A stretch of 62,009 nucleotides of DNA, counting the filler, from Sphacelaria rigidula (lineage: Eukaryota): NCBI GenBank assembly GCA_964200075.2. It is 10 parts of 10 records of this genome, joined end to end, with 100 filler letters (N's around TTAATTAATTAA, not from the genome) between each part and the next. Parts side by side here need not be neighbours in the genome. Positions count along the whole stretch, not along the records: positions 43,478 to 49,588 come from CAXNAA020022155.1; positions 49,689 to 55,799 come from CAXNAA020022156.1; positions 55,900 to 62,009 come from CAXNAA020022157.1; 7 more parts are not named here. One strand, given 5' to 3'. Below, one piece after another: positions 48,878 to 61,768 of this stretch (position 1 is the first letter of the stretch; each line of letters opens with the position of its first letter). The notes beneath the pieces were generated by a model. It was not told the origin of the DNA. It saw only the letters and a program-made list of their open reading frames with translations, and made no database searches. The translations under genes and the position numbers were made by a program.

Positions 48878-49588
48878 CTCGTTGAAGGCGCCCCGGGACG
48901 TGATGCCGTCCAGGTGGCTCCTGACCAACCTCGCGTCGGCCTCGCGAATGTTTCCGGAGAAGGAACGCAGGATACCCGGAAGCTTCCCCGCCTTTCTCAG
49001 CATCTTGGTAGCCCAGTTCGGAAGACTCTGCTCCAAACGCGGCAGAGGTCTTGTAGGAAACCTCAACTCTTTTTTCTCCCTACTCTGAAATATACCGCGA
49101 GCGTCGGGTCCCTGAAGGCAGGCGGGCCGTCTTTGACGAGAAGACGGCTCGCCTGTCTTCAAGGACACGACGCTCACCGCATCACAGAGAAGGGAAGAAA
49201 CGCGTTGACATGTCCTACGGGACCCGTTCCGCGTTTGAGGCACAGCCTCCCAAACTGGGCGACGAAGATGCTGAGGAAAGTCGGGAAGCTTCCGGGTATC
49301 CCGCGGTCCCTCCATGGAGACATTCGCGAGGCCGACAAGACGTTGGTGAGGAGCACCGTAAATGATCAGGACCGAGACATACCAACGTGCACCTGAGCTT
49401 ATACTCACGTTGAAGGCGCCCCGGGACGTGATGCCGTCCAGGTGGCTCCTGACCAACCTCCCGTCGGCCTCGCGAATGTTTCCGGGAAAGAAACGCAGGA
49501 TAGCCGGAAGCTTCCCCGCCTTTCTCAGCATCTTGGTAGCCCAGTTCGGAAGACTCTGCTCCAAACGCGGCAGAGGTCTTGTAGGAAA
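48878..49588. repeat. Alternately inverted array A(-) B(+) A'(-) of a paralogous, apparently coding segment
   Basis: A and A' are near-identical at a 528-bp period; B is an ~80% identical inverted copy; all carry SLPNWATKMLRKxGKLPxI. Confidence 0.88.
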
Positions 49589-49688
49589 NNNNNNNNNNNN
49601 NNNNNNNNNNNNNNNNNNNNNNNNNNNNNNNNTTAATTAATTAANNNNNNNNNNNNNNNNNNNNNNNNNNNNNNNNNNNNNNNNNNNN

Positions 49689-49756
49689 AATCGAACCCCC
49701 CAACTCAACCATCAGAAGGTTACGAGGTTACCAACTGAGCCACCGGGGCGACCGGC
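49689..49756 (-). mobile_element. tRNA-derived SINE head (cut by contig edge)
   Basis: Minus strand GCCGGTCGCCCCGGTGGCTCAGTTGGTAACC...GGGGGGTTCGATT has a canonical A-box and B-box but no full cloverleaf. Confidence 0.7.
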
Positions 49757-50219
49757 TACAATAAAAAAAAACAATAGCCGCACATTTTCTTAGACACGCC
49801 CTTTGGCGGCTTCTTATCGAAAGTGAAGATCACTTTTTGAAAAATTACTTTTGAAAATTGATTGCCTCAATACTGACCAATTTTCAGTGTTACACCGAGA
49901 AGCAGTTTCGTCCAGATTATTTGTACCACCAACTATTAACCATAAGGGTTGAATTCTTATTTGAAATTTATTTGACTTTTATAACCAAATCAATAAAAAA
50001 ATCAACTTGCTGTTGATTGTTGATTAACTCACGCGTTGCGCCGCTGCGAGACAGAGCTGTAACCATCAAGTGCCAATCGCTGAGGATACACAGTGTTGCG
50101 CCGAGAAAAAAATTCGACTTTTGACGCCAGCAGGTTGCTAGTACTGCAGCGTCTAATGCTGTTGAGGAACTCCGCAATTCCACTGGCCTCAGGTTTCAGT
50201 TGTTAGCCTTCACAACACC

Positions 50220-50375
50220 TGTTATTATCCTGGAGTGCCACACAGGCACATGCTCCATAAACCACATCAGGGTATCACCCCTGTGTCCATGTCATCGTCC
50301 ATATCATCACTACAGATTCCAAGTCATCATCTAATCATCACTATGTACTCAACGTGACGGCGTGATTTCGTCACA
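50220..50375 (-). repeat. Putative 3' LTR of the gypsy element
   Basis: On the minus strand a PPT-like TTGGGGGTGC is followed by TGTGACG...ATAACA (TG...CA). No partner LTR is visible. Confidence 0.5.
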
Positions 50376-50454
50376 GCACCCCCAAAGCGCTTTGCACGAG
50401 AATCGAGCAACAAGCTTGACACTCAGAAAAATAACACCAAAATGATTGAGTAAG

Positions 50455-53400
50455 TCACAACTGAATACCAAACTCACGCGTAATGGGAGCAGCAATGGAA
50501 CGAGTCACTCGCACCTTACGCAACTCCTTTTTGAGACATTCCGGAGCGGCCTCAAAATATTTTTCTAAGGCTCCCACGTACGCTCCTCGACTTCAAAACC
50601 AACCCAGTCGACCAACATGATCAACGAACGATCCTCTGCCTTTGCCACGCGAACAATCCCAGCCATCTAAAATTGCCCCTGGTTGAAAGCGTGCTGAAAC
50701 ACATCCTTCACGTCTGCCGTTACATTAAGCTGTGAGCCTGCATAAAAACGCAGACGAGCTACATGGGCGGTCTGAGCACGACCCGAAACAATGTTTTGGA
50801 TCTCAAACACATGCGGGTGATGAGCACCAGCGACTCTCCCCGGACCAGTCCACGTCGCCATCAATTTAGGCGTAACTCCCGGGCGACGCACGCGTGCATG
50901 CAACACATAACCGCCTGCCTCAAAATTCGGCAACTCCAGCCCCGACGGAGACTACTCACGTCTACGCGCACGTTCAGCGGCAACACGCTCCTGCACTTGA
51001 ACGTGGAAAATTTCCTACAACTCCAAAACTCCTTTCAACGCACGCTTCAGTTGCGCATCGTCAAAGACATCGCAGTTCCACTCCCCCGCCGATGAGGACG
51101 CCAACACCGAGAAAGACGCCCGAAATGCACGACCAAACATCACGTGGTACGGCGTACTATCGTACCGACGGCGATATGCTGTATTTAGCGCCTACTGCAC
51201 AGTGGGCAACACGTCCACCCACTCGGTCACCTCTCGACGCTGCTCAAGAAGAATAGATCGGAGAACACGAGCTACTTCCTTGACCATGCGTTCGCATGTA
51301 CCGTGAGACCACGGAGAATACGCTACCGCCAACTGGTGATCAACGCGCAAAGCCTCTCGAAATCGGGCCAAGATCGTATTCTTGAAATGCGTGGCGGTAT
51401 CACTCACCCAGACACGGGGCACCCCCAAAGTTTTGCACCAATTGAGCAAAGACGCAGCGGTCGATTCAGCAGTACCCACTGCTACTGGTTCCAGGGCGAC
51501 AAAGTTGCTCAAATCATCCATGATCACCAAAATGTATCGGAACCCAGCATCCTCCGACAAACCTTGGGGAGCTAGCGGGCGGCTCTCACCCACGTGCAAG
51601 AAGTCAACATGGACGACTTCATTCGGCGTGGTCCCATGGATCGTTTCACCGAGCGGGCGGAAAACAACATCGCCCGCCCTCGAGTCAGCACAGTGAAGAC
51701 ACTGGCGGACAAATTCGCGCACATGTGTTTCTATCCCTTGCCAGACACAAAATTCTTGCAAGCGCACGAGTGTCGCATCCACACCACGATGCCCGGCGTC
51801 GCGCATGTGCGCGCAAATTATCAAACGTTTATGCGATTGTTTGTCGGAGCAGGGGATCCACAACACGTTTCGGCCATGCACATGCACACGAAACAAACCT
51901 TCATTGTCCAAAATCGCAGTACCAACATCTGACTTGAAGGATTGTACATCCGCATCAGTGGCCCCAAGTTCTTTCCGTTGAGCTTGGCGGACCACAGATT
52001 TCGACGGTATCGAATCACCCGCTTCACGCGGACCAGATACAGTCAACGCTCGCGCGGGCATGGTGGGAATATTTACCTAGCGCGACAGCAAGTCACTCCA
52101 CGCGTTACGTTCACCCGAAATATGACGAATCGTGTACCGATACTGGCCTAATTCACCTTTCCACTCCTCCAATCGCTGTGCCAACGCCTTCGACACAGAC
52201 GTCACGCATGCCTCCGGGTTGAAAATGTACGCTAGATTTCGGTGATGCGTGAAAATGTGCACGCCATTCCACAACAGATGCTCGAGACGACGAAAAGTGC
52301 TCACGACAGCAGAACCTTCCATATCAATGGTTGCCCAACGTATCTGTGAACCCTTGAAATTACCACTAAGAAAGGCCAGCGGTTCATGCGTCATGTCTTC
52401 AACCGGCAACCGTTGTTGCATTTCTGCATCAGGCACCTGCGTTACAAAACTACCCCAATGACACTCGGATGTATCCGGAAACATCTGCACCTGGCAACCG
52501 GGGCGGGGATGGAACAGCGGTACGGCATGAGCGACCAGATCCTTCGCTTCCGCCCATGCCTGCAGCCTGTCCTCCGTCCACGAGGCGGGCGGAATAACGC
52601 GGTTATTAGCCACCCGCTTCGTGCGCCTTGCAGCCCCTACCATGAGTTCTTCTAGGAAAACACGCAAAGGCGCCACTATTTCGGCCATACGTGGCAACGA
52701 GGTACGCAACCAGTTCATTGCGTGCAGGAATTGCATTAGTTCTGCTGCTGTTTCTGGACGCCGCATGTCACACAAGCCTTGCAAGCGGACCGGGTCATGC
52801 GAGACGCGGCCGTGTGAATACACTTTCCCACATCACACTAATTTACTAGCAAAAAAGGTACACTTGTGGGCAGCTGCAAACAGACCAACACTCTCTAAGC
52901 GAGCCAAGATTTCATCAAGCGTATCCAACAGTTCGTCTACCGTATCCGCGAGGAGAAAAACATCATCCACCCAGATCTTGCATTTAAAGCCATCTAAAAG
53001 GTCTACCATGACACCTTGAAATTAGGGAGTTGCATTCAACACGCCTTGCGGTACTCGTTGCGGGGTAAACATACCAAACGGAGTCGTGATTATGAATATC
53101 TCTTGCGCCTCTTCGACCAACGGCATCTGCCAGTACCCCTGTAGGAGGTCCAACTTACCGAAGCATCGCGCACTCAACAGGTCTATCATGTCGGATTCCT
53201 GATTGGCACGACACCCGGCGACTTCTCCACCTGATCATTGACGGCTCCGTAATCGCTGACAGGACGGAAAGAGTCCTTCTTCGGCACCGCCATCGCTGGG
53301 CTGGACCACACCGCCTGTAGATTCCTGAACACCAACCCAAACGCCACGAGAGCTCCCATGCAAGAAGCCAGCCAACTGGAATTTCCCGGATCATACCACC

Positions 53401-54620
53401 TCGGTTTTACCTTCACGGCGGCCGCCCCTGGCTTCAGTGTAACCCTCATGGGTTCCACGCGCGCACGGGGATCCCCCATCAGCGCACGACGAAACGCGTT
53501 AACGTGGCGATACAATATGCCACGCAAGCGCTCGACTTTTGAGATGTTAGGACCATTTGCAACAGCACCCGTCACGCTTTCCTCCAGCGCTACCGTTCGC
53601 GCGGACTCCTCTCCTGCCGGCTCCATAAACATATCGGGGCCACACTCCACTAAGCGTTCCACCGCCTCATCACGCTCCTCGGACACTGCCCCCCCGCCTC
53701 CTGGAGAGCATCAACCGACAAGCTCACTCTGCGACTGGCCAAAAAACAGGCGTCTCGACACTCGAACCGGGCGACGGCATTTGCTTTCTTTAGGGACTCT
53801 AACAGCCGATCATACGGATCGACTCCGAGTTCTCGAAGCGTCGGTAAGCCCAACAGAACGACACCATCCGTCCCCGGCATGATCGCAAACGATATCGGGG
53901 GTAATTTCGCTGGCCCCCAGATCGTCTTGAACGCCAACTGTAGGGGAATCGTACGCTCCGTGACATTTATATGTTGCCCCGATGCGGTGATGGCCTGCCG
54001 CGCCCCGAGCTAGAACGGAATGCGGATTTGCTCACCAGGGAGTAGACGCTCCAGCATCTCCACAATCAGCACCGACACGCTCGTGAAATGGGCGCCTGAA
54101 TCCAACACGGCATTGACCGATATGGCTCCCCGCGCCCGTTGATTTGGGAGATATAACTCTGCAGGAATATATATTTCTTGATCCTCGATCGGCACCTGCT
54201 CCGCCGACTGATTTGCCGTGATCCCCACTTGGCGCCACGGCTGCGCGTGCGGCGCAGGTATAGACGCCCCCGCTGGGGTCACCGGCACCGCCGGCGGGTA
54301 CGAAGCCCCGCCCGCAGAACCAAATTGCAGCGGTACTCCGACCGACGTAGCAGCGGATCCAAATTTCAGCTGAAATCCGGCCGGCTCAGCAGCAGGCGTC
54401 TCGCCTTGCTCTGCTGCCGGCGGCGCCGGCACCGAGCCCGACACTAGAGCGGTCGGTCCCACCTGCACCCCCCGTTGCGGAGCAGCAGTCCCTGCGGCTG
54501 AGCCGGACCCAGAGCCGCACCTCTGCTGACGCCGCTGCCCCTGCTGCTGATGCTGCTGCTGCTACTGGAAACTCGACTGTACACCTCCACCGCTGAAGGT
54601 TATGGTACAGTAATTCCACC
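50455..54620 (-). mobile_element. Decayed chromodomain-bearing Ty3/gypsy gag-end/pol
   Basis: VLDSGA (protease); WSSP, DYGAVN, LDLLQGYWQ, RVPQG, IWVDD (RT); FPDTS, EGSAVV, NAWSDLLSR (RNase H); AH...GHRG...CLHC, HVDF, VSDTATHF, CERMVKE (integrase); WTGP; LVDWVGFEVEERTWEP (chromodomain). Several stops and frameshifts. Confidence 0.95.
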
Positions 54621-54780
54621 ACGCAAGTCGGGTCCAGCGCTTGAGCTCGAGAGTCATGTCGATCTCTCCGCTGATGGATGTTCCTAGGTACACGAGCTTT
54701 GTTCGGTAGAGTATGGAGCTATATGGTTCGAGCACCCCATGCTAAACCAAAAACGTAGAAGGCAATCTCGCACAGCGTCC

Positions 54781-54790
54781 NNNNNNNNNN
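54781..54790. other. Internal 10-N scaffold gap
   Basis: Ten Ns without the linker motif. Confidence 0.95.
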
Positions 54791-57039
54791 CGGTGGAGGG
54801 GAGAGATGCGCCTCCGCATCTTCGTTGAGAATCCTTCTCGACCTACGGCAAATATCTCTTATTTTATCCCGCAGAAACATATCGCATACCACAATATAAC
54901 TCCCCGTCGTTTCCGGATCATTCGAGAACAAAAGTAAGAACAACCAACACTTTCCAGAACATTCCGAGAATCGATCTGAACTGTCGTTCTCAGTACCATT
55001 TCTAGAAATCACCAGTACCGTTTCCCATCGGTTAATCCACCACATTTTCCTTCGATAGTCTCGTGATAGTATCCTGGATCTCACATTTACCATGAGTGAA
55101 ATCACACGATTAACAAACTTCTCTGTTGAGACTATTGTTGCCCCGCTGCCCTGATGTCCACTGTGCCCGCTTTGGGGTGCGGCCAAGACACTAAAATGGT
55201 CTCCGTCTTCTTCTCCGACTCAATCAATCAAAATCCTTATCCTTCGCACGCTCTGATGATAAATAAATCGCTATGGTTCCCGATAGGTGTGATGGGTATC
55301 AATTTTACCTAATCCCGTTACTAACGACATATCAACTTTCCGCTCTTGTGCAAGTATACAACATGGGACAGGTGGGGAGTTTCCGATATTTAAAATAGAC
55401 AGCTGACAGTTGTGCATAGCTTTGGAAAGTTTGCATCTGCTCTATTTTCTATGCAAAAAAGTGTGGAAAGTTGCCCTGTCGTTGGCACGATCTTGCATTA
55501 TCGTGCAGGACCCCTCATAGATATGAATATAGAAGAAGAAGTTTAGGCTGAGCCTGTTCTCTGGTTTCTTGTCAAAGAGGGCGTTGTTGTATGGCGCGTT
55601 TGGTTGTGTGTGCGTTCGTGCTTGCGTGTGCGTGTGCGTGTGTGTGTGCTCGCGCGAGTGCGTGTGATCGAGGATCAACACGTGTAAGTCTCAGCACACA
55701 ACAGCGCGCGGCACACCTTTGTTTCTGTTTCATACGAGTCGACTCGCCATGACGCGCAAGCAGTCATGCTATATGAACCGCTGGTCCCGCTGAGTCGAGN
55801 NNNNNNNNNNNNNNNNNNNNNNNNNNNNNNNNNNNNNNNNNNNTTAATTAATTAANNNNNNNNNNNNNNNNNNNNNNNNNNNNNNNNNNNNNNNNNNNNC
55901 GGCTGATGCACCCACATATACCGAAAGGTGTAAACTGGTGCCCAGAATAAATGGGACGACAACACACATGATACTGTAAAAATATTCCATCAAATACGTG
56001 TGGCAATCTGGAAATCGCATCTATGCTATAGAATTCGTAGGGGTACGCGTATGGAAATATTGTGGCGGAATGGGGTAAAGTTTACAGTTTCAGGGCTGAC
56101 ACGGACGGATACTGCCCAGTTTGTTTGAATGTATTTCAATTTAGACCCATTTATGGGCTTCTGCTGCCCCGCTTTTGCGTTCGTTGGCTGTTTCAGTAAA
56201 ATGAAGGTTGAAGACCTTGTCGAGAGTCGAAAATTAACCCTTTCGGAACTCGCGAAAAACAGTACAACCTCTCATACGGGAACTTTCGTCCCCGGAAAAA
56301 GGTCACTTGGAGTTCGGTGCACGAATCTTTCACATCGGTATACTTGAACGTAAAGTGGTGCACCGTTTTGGTTGACCACATTATCAACACTTGCAGAAGA
56401 ACAACCATACCTTGCCCACGAAGACGTCAATGGTAAATCGTCATTTTTCCATCCATGGTTCCAAAAGGATGAAGGGCATGCATGGTACGTACGACCGTAT
56501 TGAAATATCTTCAAAGAATTGGTGAGGTCCAATGTGCAGGTTGGGCCCATGGCTGTTTCGAGGTATAGGGAAAAAACTGTCCCCAGGGGTGGTATAGAGC
56601 GTCTTGGCCCGTCGCAAACGAACGGTGGTGCCCCTGACTATTTCTCGGGCAACATATGAAGGGTGTCGGTGTTTTGGTTATGCATCTCATGCATTAAGAA
56701 ACGTCATGTAGTCCGCCCGGAAACGGCTGATACATCAAATAGCATCCCCCGGTTGAGAGTTTTTGGGGAGAAGATCTGTTCATCTCATCGTGAGGGAAAG
56801 AAGGGGAGAATGGTGGTCTCAAATCAGCAAGTAGGACGTATACGTGCTAATGACCGCTCGCGTGTTGAGGGGCATGCCATATTTAACAGTCTCTGACAGG
56901 TAGATTATTGCCGCAGCGTATACGAGTTGGGAGAAGGGGCGGAAAAATAGCTTCCCCGGAGTGGCTGCAGTCCCGTTGACAAAAACAAATTGTATCACTA
57001 GTAGGGTAGATTGTAGACTTTCTATTGGTGTCAGCCACA

Positions 57040-57565
57040 TGTTCAGATTCGCTGTTGTCCGGCCAAAATGGCCAACACGTCGGGTAACAAATAGCCCCAT
57101 TCCCGCTGCGGATATACGGGGCGGAGATGCCTTGATTTTGTTCCCGGGGGAAGGGATGGGGGAAGGGAGGAGTCATGAAGCACTCGGGCAGGGTGAACAC
57201 GCTCTGACGATGCCTTCCGTGTGTTCAGGGGCATTACCATTCCATTCGTTTTTATCAGGCCCTGGGGTTAGAGAACAACCACTGTGTGAGGGGATGGAAC
57301 AATATCTTCCCGGAGGGAAGTGTAGTCTCGTTGAGAAGAACAAAATGTGTCACTACTTCAGGTAGGTTGTATGCCTTCTCTCGGTACCGGTCACCTGCTC
57401 AGAGTCATCATTGCTGTCCAGCCGAGACTTCATCAAACTTTGGATGACACCCCCTTCGCGCTCAAATAGCTTAGATAAGGGGATGCCTTGATTTTGTCCC
57501 CGGGAAGGGGGATAGAGGGAAGAAGGGTTCGTGAAACAGTAGTATAGTGGTAAGCACGTCCAAGT
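57040..57565 (-). pseudogene. Diverged tandem duplication (~356-bp period) of an unidentified coding module
   Basis: GATGCCTTGATTTTG occurs at 57126 and 57482. The minus-strand peptides LPECFMTP...REQNQGI...DNSESEHVADTNR and LYYCFTNP...RGQNQGI...DSNDDSEQVTGTER align. Confidence 0.45.
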
Positions 57566-60558
57566 CCCTCTCGCGTGTTTTGTGGCATCACCATACGAGC
57601 GTGGATGCCTATGTAGCTGCCAAAACGGTAGACGGCACCCCCCCATCGTGTTTCGGGGAGAGGGTTGAGCGATTTCAGTCACGGGCGAGAATGAACAAGG
57701 GATCGAAAAAATATGATATAATGTCTACATGTTATATCGATCCATTCGTGTGTGCTGATGCATTACTTTTTGCGTGGAACAGGTCAAAACGATGGATTCC
57801 GCCCGTGTGATCATGCTGGGGGGGAGGGACGCGTGCTTAAAATCCCCGTTGAAGAATTTTTTGTTGTTGTTGGATCATTTTCATATCTCAGGTATTCAGA
57901 ACAGTTCTATACCACCCAAAAGCATTGCCATTTGCACGCTACAGGGCGAAACGGCGGATACCACACCCAAGTTCACTGTCCAAGCCACCCGCGGGGACGG
58001 CTGTTTTCTCGTCCCCACCCCTCACCCGAATCCAAGTTGACCAATGTTTTTCATACACTATGTATTGCGTAATCTATCATTTTTTTCGGATCTTCTTGGT
58101 TTTTCTACTTTCATTTCCCTATACGTTAGGGGCGTTTCCGTTTTGTTTACTTACCTTGGGTGCATCTATCGTGTGGATAATGACCACGGCTGGGTTTCTC
58201 GGGGATCAGTTGATGTGTGACAATCAATCGATCGATCTACAGCATCGATCAGTAAGATCTCTGATGTGTTGAACGTGAGCATTTCAAAAACGATGCCTTG
58301 GCGATCGTAGACGTGCCCTGCGGTGAAATGCGGGAGAGGAGAACACAGCGCAGTAGTACTGTACGACAGTAGTGTCCAGTACAGCGCAAGTGAGTGAGTG
58401 CCTTGCACAATTGAGTCTAGTAAACTCCCCGTGTATGCATTGCAATCGCGCAAAATCTGATGCACAGGAAACACTCGGCCAGTACATGAGCCGCTGGGGT
58501 TGTGTCGTTTGAACCCTGGATACTGCTCTACTGTCCGTCTCATGTGCATCGTTCAAGACTGTTGTACGTCCCATGCCCATCGTTCAAGACAACGCTTGCG
58601 GTCTAAATATAGATCGGCGTCGACTCCGTGCTGGGTAAATACCGAATCCTCGGGCGCTCCCTCTCGTTCCGAATCGAGATCGATAGACACCAGACAGCGC
58701 TCGGGGACCGCACGGCCTGTGTGTGCCCTCTGAAAGGTAAACTGGCAAGAGTGCTACTGTTGTGCGACAGAGGATCAACACGCAGCGCCCGGCCGTCAAT
58801 TTAACCACAACTATGGACAACTAGTGTCCCGTTCGGTAACGTTTACAGTACCCCAGTTTGGCTCCCCAACTCCATGGTTGAAGCATACTTGATTTGAGTG
58901 TGCAACACCAAGATTCGGATCTTTGTTTAGATTTGGCGATTCGAACAGGCGATGATCCCTCCGACCTTTCGTAGGGTATACCTAGAAGTGGGGGATTCGC
59001 GGTTGGCCTTCCAAACTCCATACCGGAAGATGGGGTACACATTTCGGTGTGGTCGGTCCGGCAGGGTATGGGGCCCTGTTCCGATCAATCCGGAAGGGTT
59101 CTCGATATAATTATCCTTCTCACACGCATGCCTCTGTAAATACCCTACTTTTAGCCGATAGGGTATCGAGCCCTGCTTCGAACAATCCGGTATGGTTTGA
59201 CAGGGGAGTCACAGTCCCGAGTGCTCAGCGAAGCGCGTTTTTATCCAATGCGGAGCCATAGGCGTCGATTGAAGGTCTGCGAACGCACGCTTTGCCACCC
59301 TTGACATCCTCCTTGCCCGAGGGTTCTCGGGTATGCCTTGGTTGGGGTAAGGTTTAAAGTAGGGGTTAGGCAGCGTTATTTATTTTCCATAATGTGGAGG
59401 CGGTGTTTTGGCAGCTTGGGCGTGAAGAGAATCCGCACCCCGCGTCAGATGATGCCGAAACTTGAAGAATGTGTAGATTGGTATTAGAGGAAGGTGTCAC
59501 AGTCACAGCCGCAGCCGGGGAAGTCGCTGATGGCCCGGTCTGCAGTCATACGGTGTGTAGTCACAGTGCGTGGGATTCAATTTTTTCAACATCCTGCTAT
59601 ATGATGACGATTATAGTGGGTACAGTGACAGTTTAGGACGCTGCCTGCGACGGATCATGCCGGCTTTAACATCAATATCCGCCGAATTATGGATGAACGC
59701 TCGAAGAAATCCAGCAAACAAGCATCGCTTATGGCCCGCTATATATATGAGGGTTGGGAGGTGAACGTTTCCGCTCCAAAACGATCGAGAGTCGAAGGTT
59801 AAGCTCGTGTCGCGCGACGAGTGGGTAGTACCACGGACCCTTGCCGGCGTACCTGGCACTGGGGGCGACATTCCAGCGCGGACAGTCCCACCACTACCGG
59901 GACGGCCGTGCAAACAGGCTGGCAGCCGGGATGAATGCGAGCAATTTAGAGCCCGACATCGCGTTCGCGCGGTTACGTGCTTGATTAGTCAAGTGGCGTT
60001 GTTTTGGGTGATTCAGTTCTTCATGTAAGGACCTGAATTTATGGCGCCGGCGCTGGAGCTGTGTGCGAGACGCTACCGATTGTTGAGTACTACGGTGCTA
60101 GTGAGAACGGTAGACCGTCCCGCACAATACAAAATGGCTGTCTTGAGCGGTGAGCGCGTCAGCATCGACACCTATCTTCGTTACGGTCGTCTGATGGGTT
60201 TCGTCGTGGTCTGTGTGGCACGTCGCGACTTTCAACCGTAGGCCCAAGAGCTGGGGGGAGGGGGGAGTGGGAATGGGCCGGAGGGGATAAGTTCTGTTTG
60301 CCGTGGGCAATGAGGGCTTTTTTCTCGCTTTGTCTCGTTCCTGATATTGAAAGAGCACACATCTGCGTGGAAACGATCATCGTATTGCTACCGAAACTCT
60401 GGAATCTCATCTCATTTCGCGTTTCAGAAGTTGCTCGCCCCGGGCAATACTCTCTCCCCCCCCCCCGTCCCTTTCGTCATTATTTATTCCTGCGCTTCAC
60501 CTCCATCTACCTTCCCCTCGCTTGCTGTTTTCTACCGAAACGTGCTTTCAAACTGAAG

Positions 60559-60742
60559 GCAACTACTGACAAGGGCGAAGCGGCTGCGGGGAAACGGACG
60601 TTTCATCTGCGAGGAGGCGTTTATGCGACGAAAAGGATATTACACGGCCAAGGAGGCGGGACTCTTGAGGCAAGAAGACCTCCCCGGGGCGGCAAATCCA
60701 ATGGCAAACCCCGACAAGATGATGGGACCGATGAAGAGCCAG
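60559..60742 (+). CDS. EMC3: ER membrane protein complex subunit 3 (EMC3/TMEM111), internal exon
   Basis: TGAAG acceptor and GTACTT donor. A frame absent from the ORF track gives QLLTRAKRLRGNGRFICEEAFMRRKGYYTAKEAGLLRQEDLPGAANPMANPDKMMGPMKSQ, matching the EMC3 LR-x-NG...F-x-x-RK...NPM-x-x-P-x-x-M motif. Confidence 0.85.
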
Positions 60743-60984
60743 GTACTTGTTCCCGTCTGCTGATGGCCCTCGCCTGTCTTGTTTGTATCTTGTGTCTATC
60801 TTTGTTCACCTGTCGCTCTAATCCGTCTGTCTGTCTCTACAGGCAACACCGCTAGGGCGGAAATAACATGGATTCGATTCCCACCAGGTGGGTTTGATTT
60901 TTTCCTCCCCAAGTATCTGATGTCCGTCGTTGGAATCGCGAGAGCGTGAGGAGCAAATTGAGCTGTTTTACTGCGTTTGCTTTA

Positions 60985-61290
60985 CTCTCTCTGCCTCTCC
61001 CTGTCTCTCTCCGTCAACCCTCTCTCTCCGTCAACGCTCTCTCTATATCAGTCCTCTGTCTCTCTAACCCCCCTCAACCCTATCTCTTTTTCGATCCTCT
61101 CGTCTCTCTCGTCTCTCTCTCTATGAGTACGCTTCCTTCTCTCAGAGATGACTGCGGTCACTGCTGCTTTCTCTGTTGCTCATGCTGCTGACGGTGGTGA
61201 TATCAATATATGATATGCTTAATTCTCCCCTTCTCATCTCCCTCTCTCTCTCCTATGTCTCTCTCTGAACGGAGATTTTCCCTCTCTTCA
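60985..61290. repeat. CT-rich low-complexity tract
   Basis: Interrupted (CT)n runs. Confidence 0.8.
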
Positions 61291-61768
61291 GGCCGCTTCT
61301 TATAACAGACAGAAATACATTTCTGGAAAAGTGCACTTTTGGAACTTTTACATCGTTTTGCGCCCCCAAAAGGAGCTAGGCGCAGTTTGTCTCCTTGGAA
61401 TCACTTGTTCTACTAGTTGAGGCGGTTCCAGGACCTCTTCCCATTTTCCGGTGGCCGCAGTTTTCATTTTGGCCGAGCAAGAATTTTTGTCCAAGAACGG
61501 CAAAAAACAGTCAAGTCCAGAGAAAAGTGGCGATTCTCTTTAGATTTGACTGTTTTTTACGGTTCTTGGGCAAAATTCTTGTTTAGCCAAGATAAAAGCT
61601 GCGGCCACCGAAAAACGGGAGGATGTTCTGGAACCACCTCAATTAGTAAAGCAATTCATTTCAAGGTGTCAAACTCCGCCTAGCTCTCTTTGGGGGCGTA
61701 AAACGACGTGAAAGCTCCGAAAAGGCACTTTTCCAGATTTTTATTTTCGTCTGTTATAAGGAGCGGCC
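61291..61768. mobile_element. 478-bp PIF/Harbinger MITE with ~100-bp imperfect TIRs
   Basis: GGCCGCTTCTTATAACAGAC... / ...GTCTGTTATAAGGAGCGGCC; the flanks TCA/TTA differ by one base from a TTA TSD. Confidence 0.85.

Noticed and set aside
48413..49396. 327-aa ORF as a single gene
   Set aside because: It runs through an antisense arm and then a sense arm of the palindromic array, so it is a composite reading frame.
54791..55250. gag start or 5' LTR of the contig-9 gypsy element
   Set aside because: It is separated by a gap, does not match the putative 3' LTR, and has no clear gag motif or PBS.
6112..55899. Regularly spaced TTAATTAATTAA repeats as a CRISPR-like or biological array
   Set aside because: They are embedded in fixed N runs at exact periodicity and form a six-frame stop linker added during assembly.
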